Positions 63,505 through 64,000 of a stretch of 64,000 bases of DNA are shown piece after piece. The DNA is from Eremomyces bilateralis CBS 781.70 (taxonomy: Eukaryota). Below the pieces are notes generated by a model. The model was given only the letters and a program-made list of their open reading frames with translations. It had not been told where the DNA came from and ran no database searches. The stretch lies in the NCBI GenBank assembly GCA_010015585.1, contig ML975156.1. One strand, 5' to 3'. The stretch's first letter is position 1. The number at the start of each line of letters is the position of its first letter. A program made the translations under genes and the position numbers.

Positions 63505-64000
63505 TGTATAGATATCGTAGTGGAGTTCGGGATTCGTTTAGAGGGATAATAGTGTTAGGGGAAGATAGATTCGTTGATTAAATGGATGGTAGAAAATGAA
63601 AACGGAACTGGAAAGCGAGTCAGCAGCTTGCCTTGCGTGTCCGAAACGTCAACAGCTGGGAAAAGTGTTGGTATCGTTGCGATCTAGATAAGGCCCTGGT
63701 TGTAGTTGAGCCGCCAATGAGCGCGGTCGAGATGGGGATCACGCTGCAGGCACATGCACCAGGCCTGGCAGACTCGAGAGCATTGATATGGAATCAAAGG
63801 TCGGTGAGAGAGGCATCCTCCTTGCCTTGTCGCGGTTGAGGCATTAAAGTGTCTTAGTTGATTGATTGAAGCTCAACAGAATCTTGCTCGCAATAACTAA
63901 CTCTCAATGCCTCAGTGCTGGAGGTCTCATCCAATGCGACCAGCAATTTGACGCATGACAGCCTGGAGCCAGGTCCAGGTCACGGTCATTGCTGTTTGCC

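Overview
Gene-dense eukaryotic DNA from a filamentous ascomycete (Pezizomycotina), inferred from short GT-AG introns with CTAAC/CTGAC branch sites and from fungal protein families. About 25 intact-looking genes are present, mostly conserved housekeeping loci: PDB1, ERG6, SLT11, MZM1, ZUO1, a USP-domain gene, a GPR89-like gene, an MscS channel, MSC1/Ish1, 3-hydroxybutyryl-CoA dehydrogenase, inositol monophosphatase, HGH1, DUF1765, ATP14, TFIIB, an M28/Tre-like peptidase, RIB5, VPS35 and AIM21. Three accessory patches (about 1.9-3.4 kb, 21-23 kb and 37.7-41 kb) hold decayed genes: HET domain, protein kinase, 2OG-Fe(II) dioxygenase plus NCS1 permease, NWD-type WD40 tail, and hevein/CBM18 repeats. 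The two most notable observations are (1) a secreted BBE-like FAD oxidase with an internal tandem GGHxH His/acidic repeat, a following KR-H site, a C-terminal GGHDH and an apparent Cys-to-His change at the second flavinylation position, and (2) a saw-tooth C-rich-to-G-rich switch of synonymous sites along most core genes. No tRNA, rRNA, CRISPR array or intact transposon was recognised. All calls come from reading the sequence and the ORF track by eye; no database searches were run.
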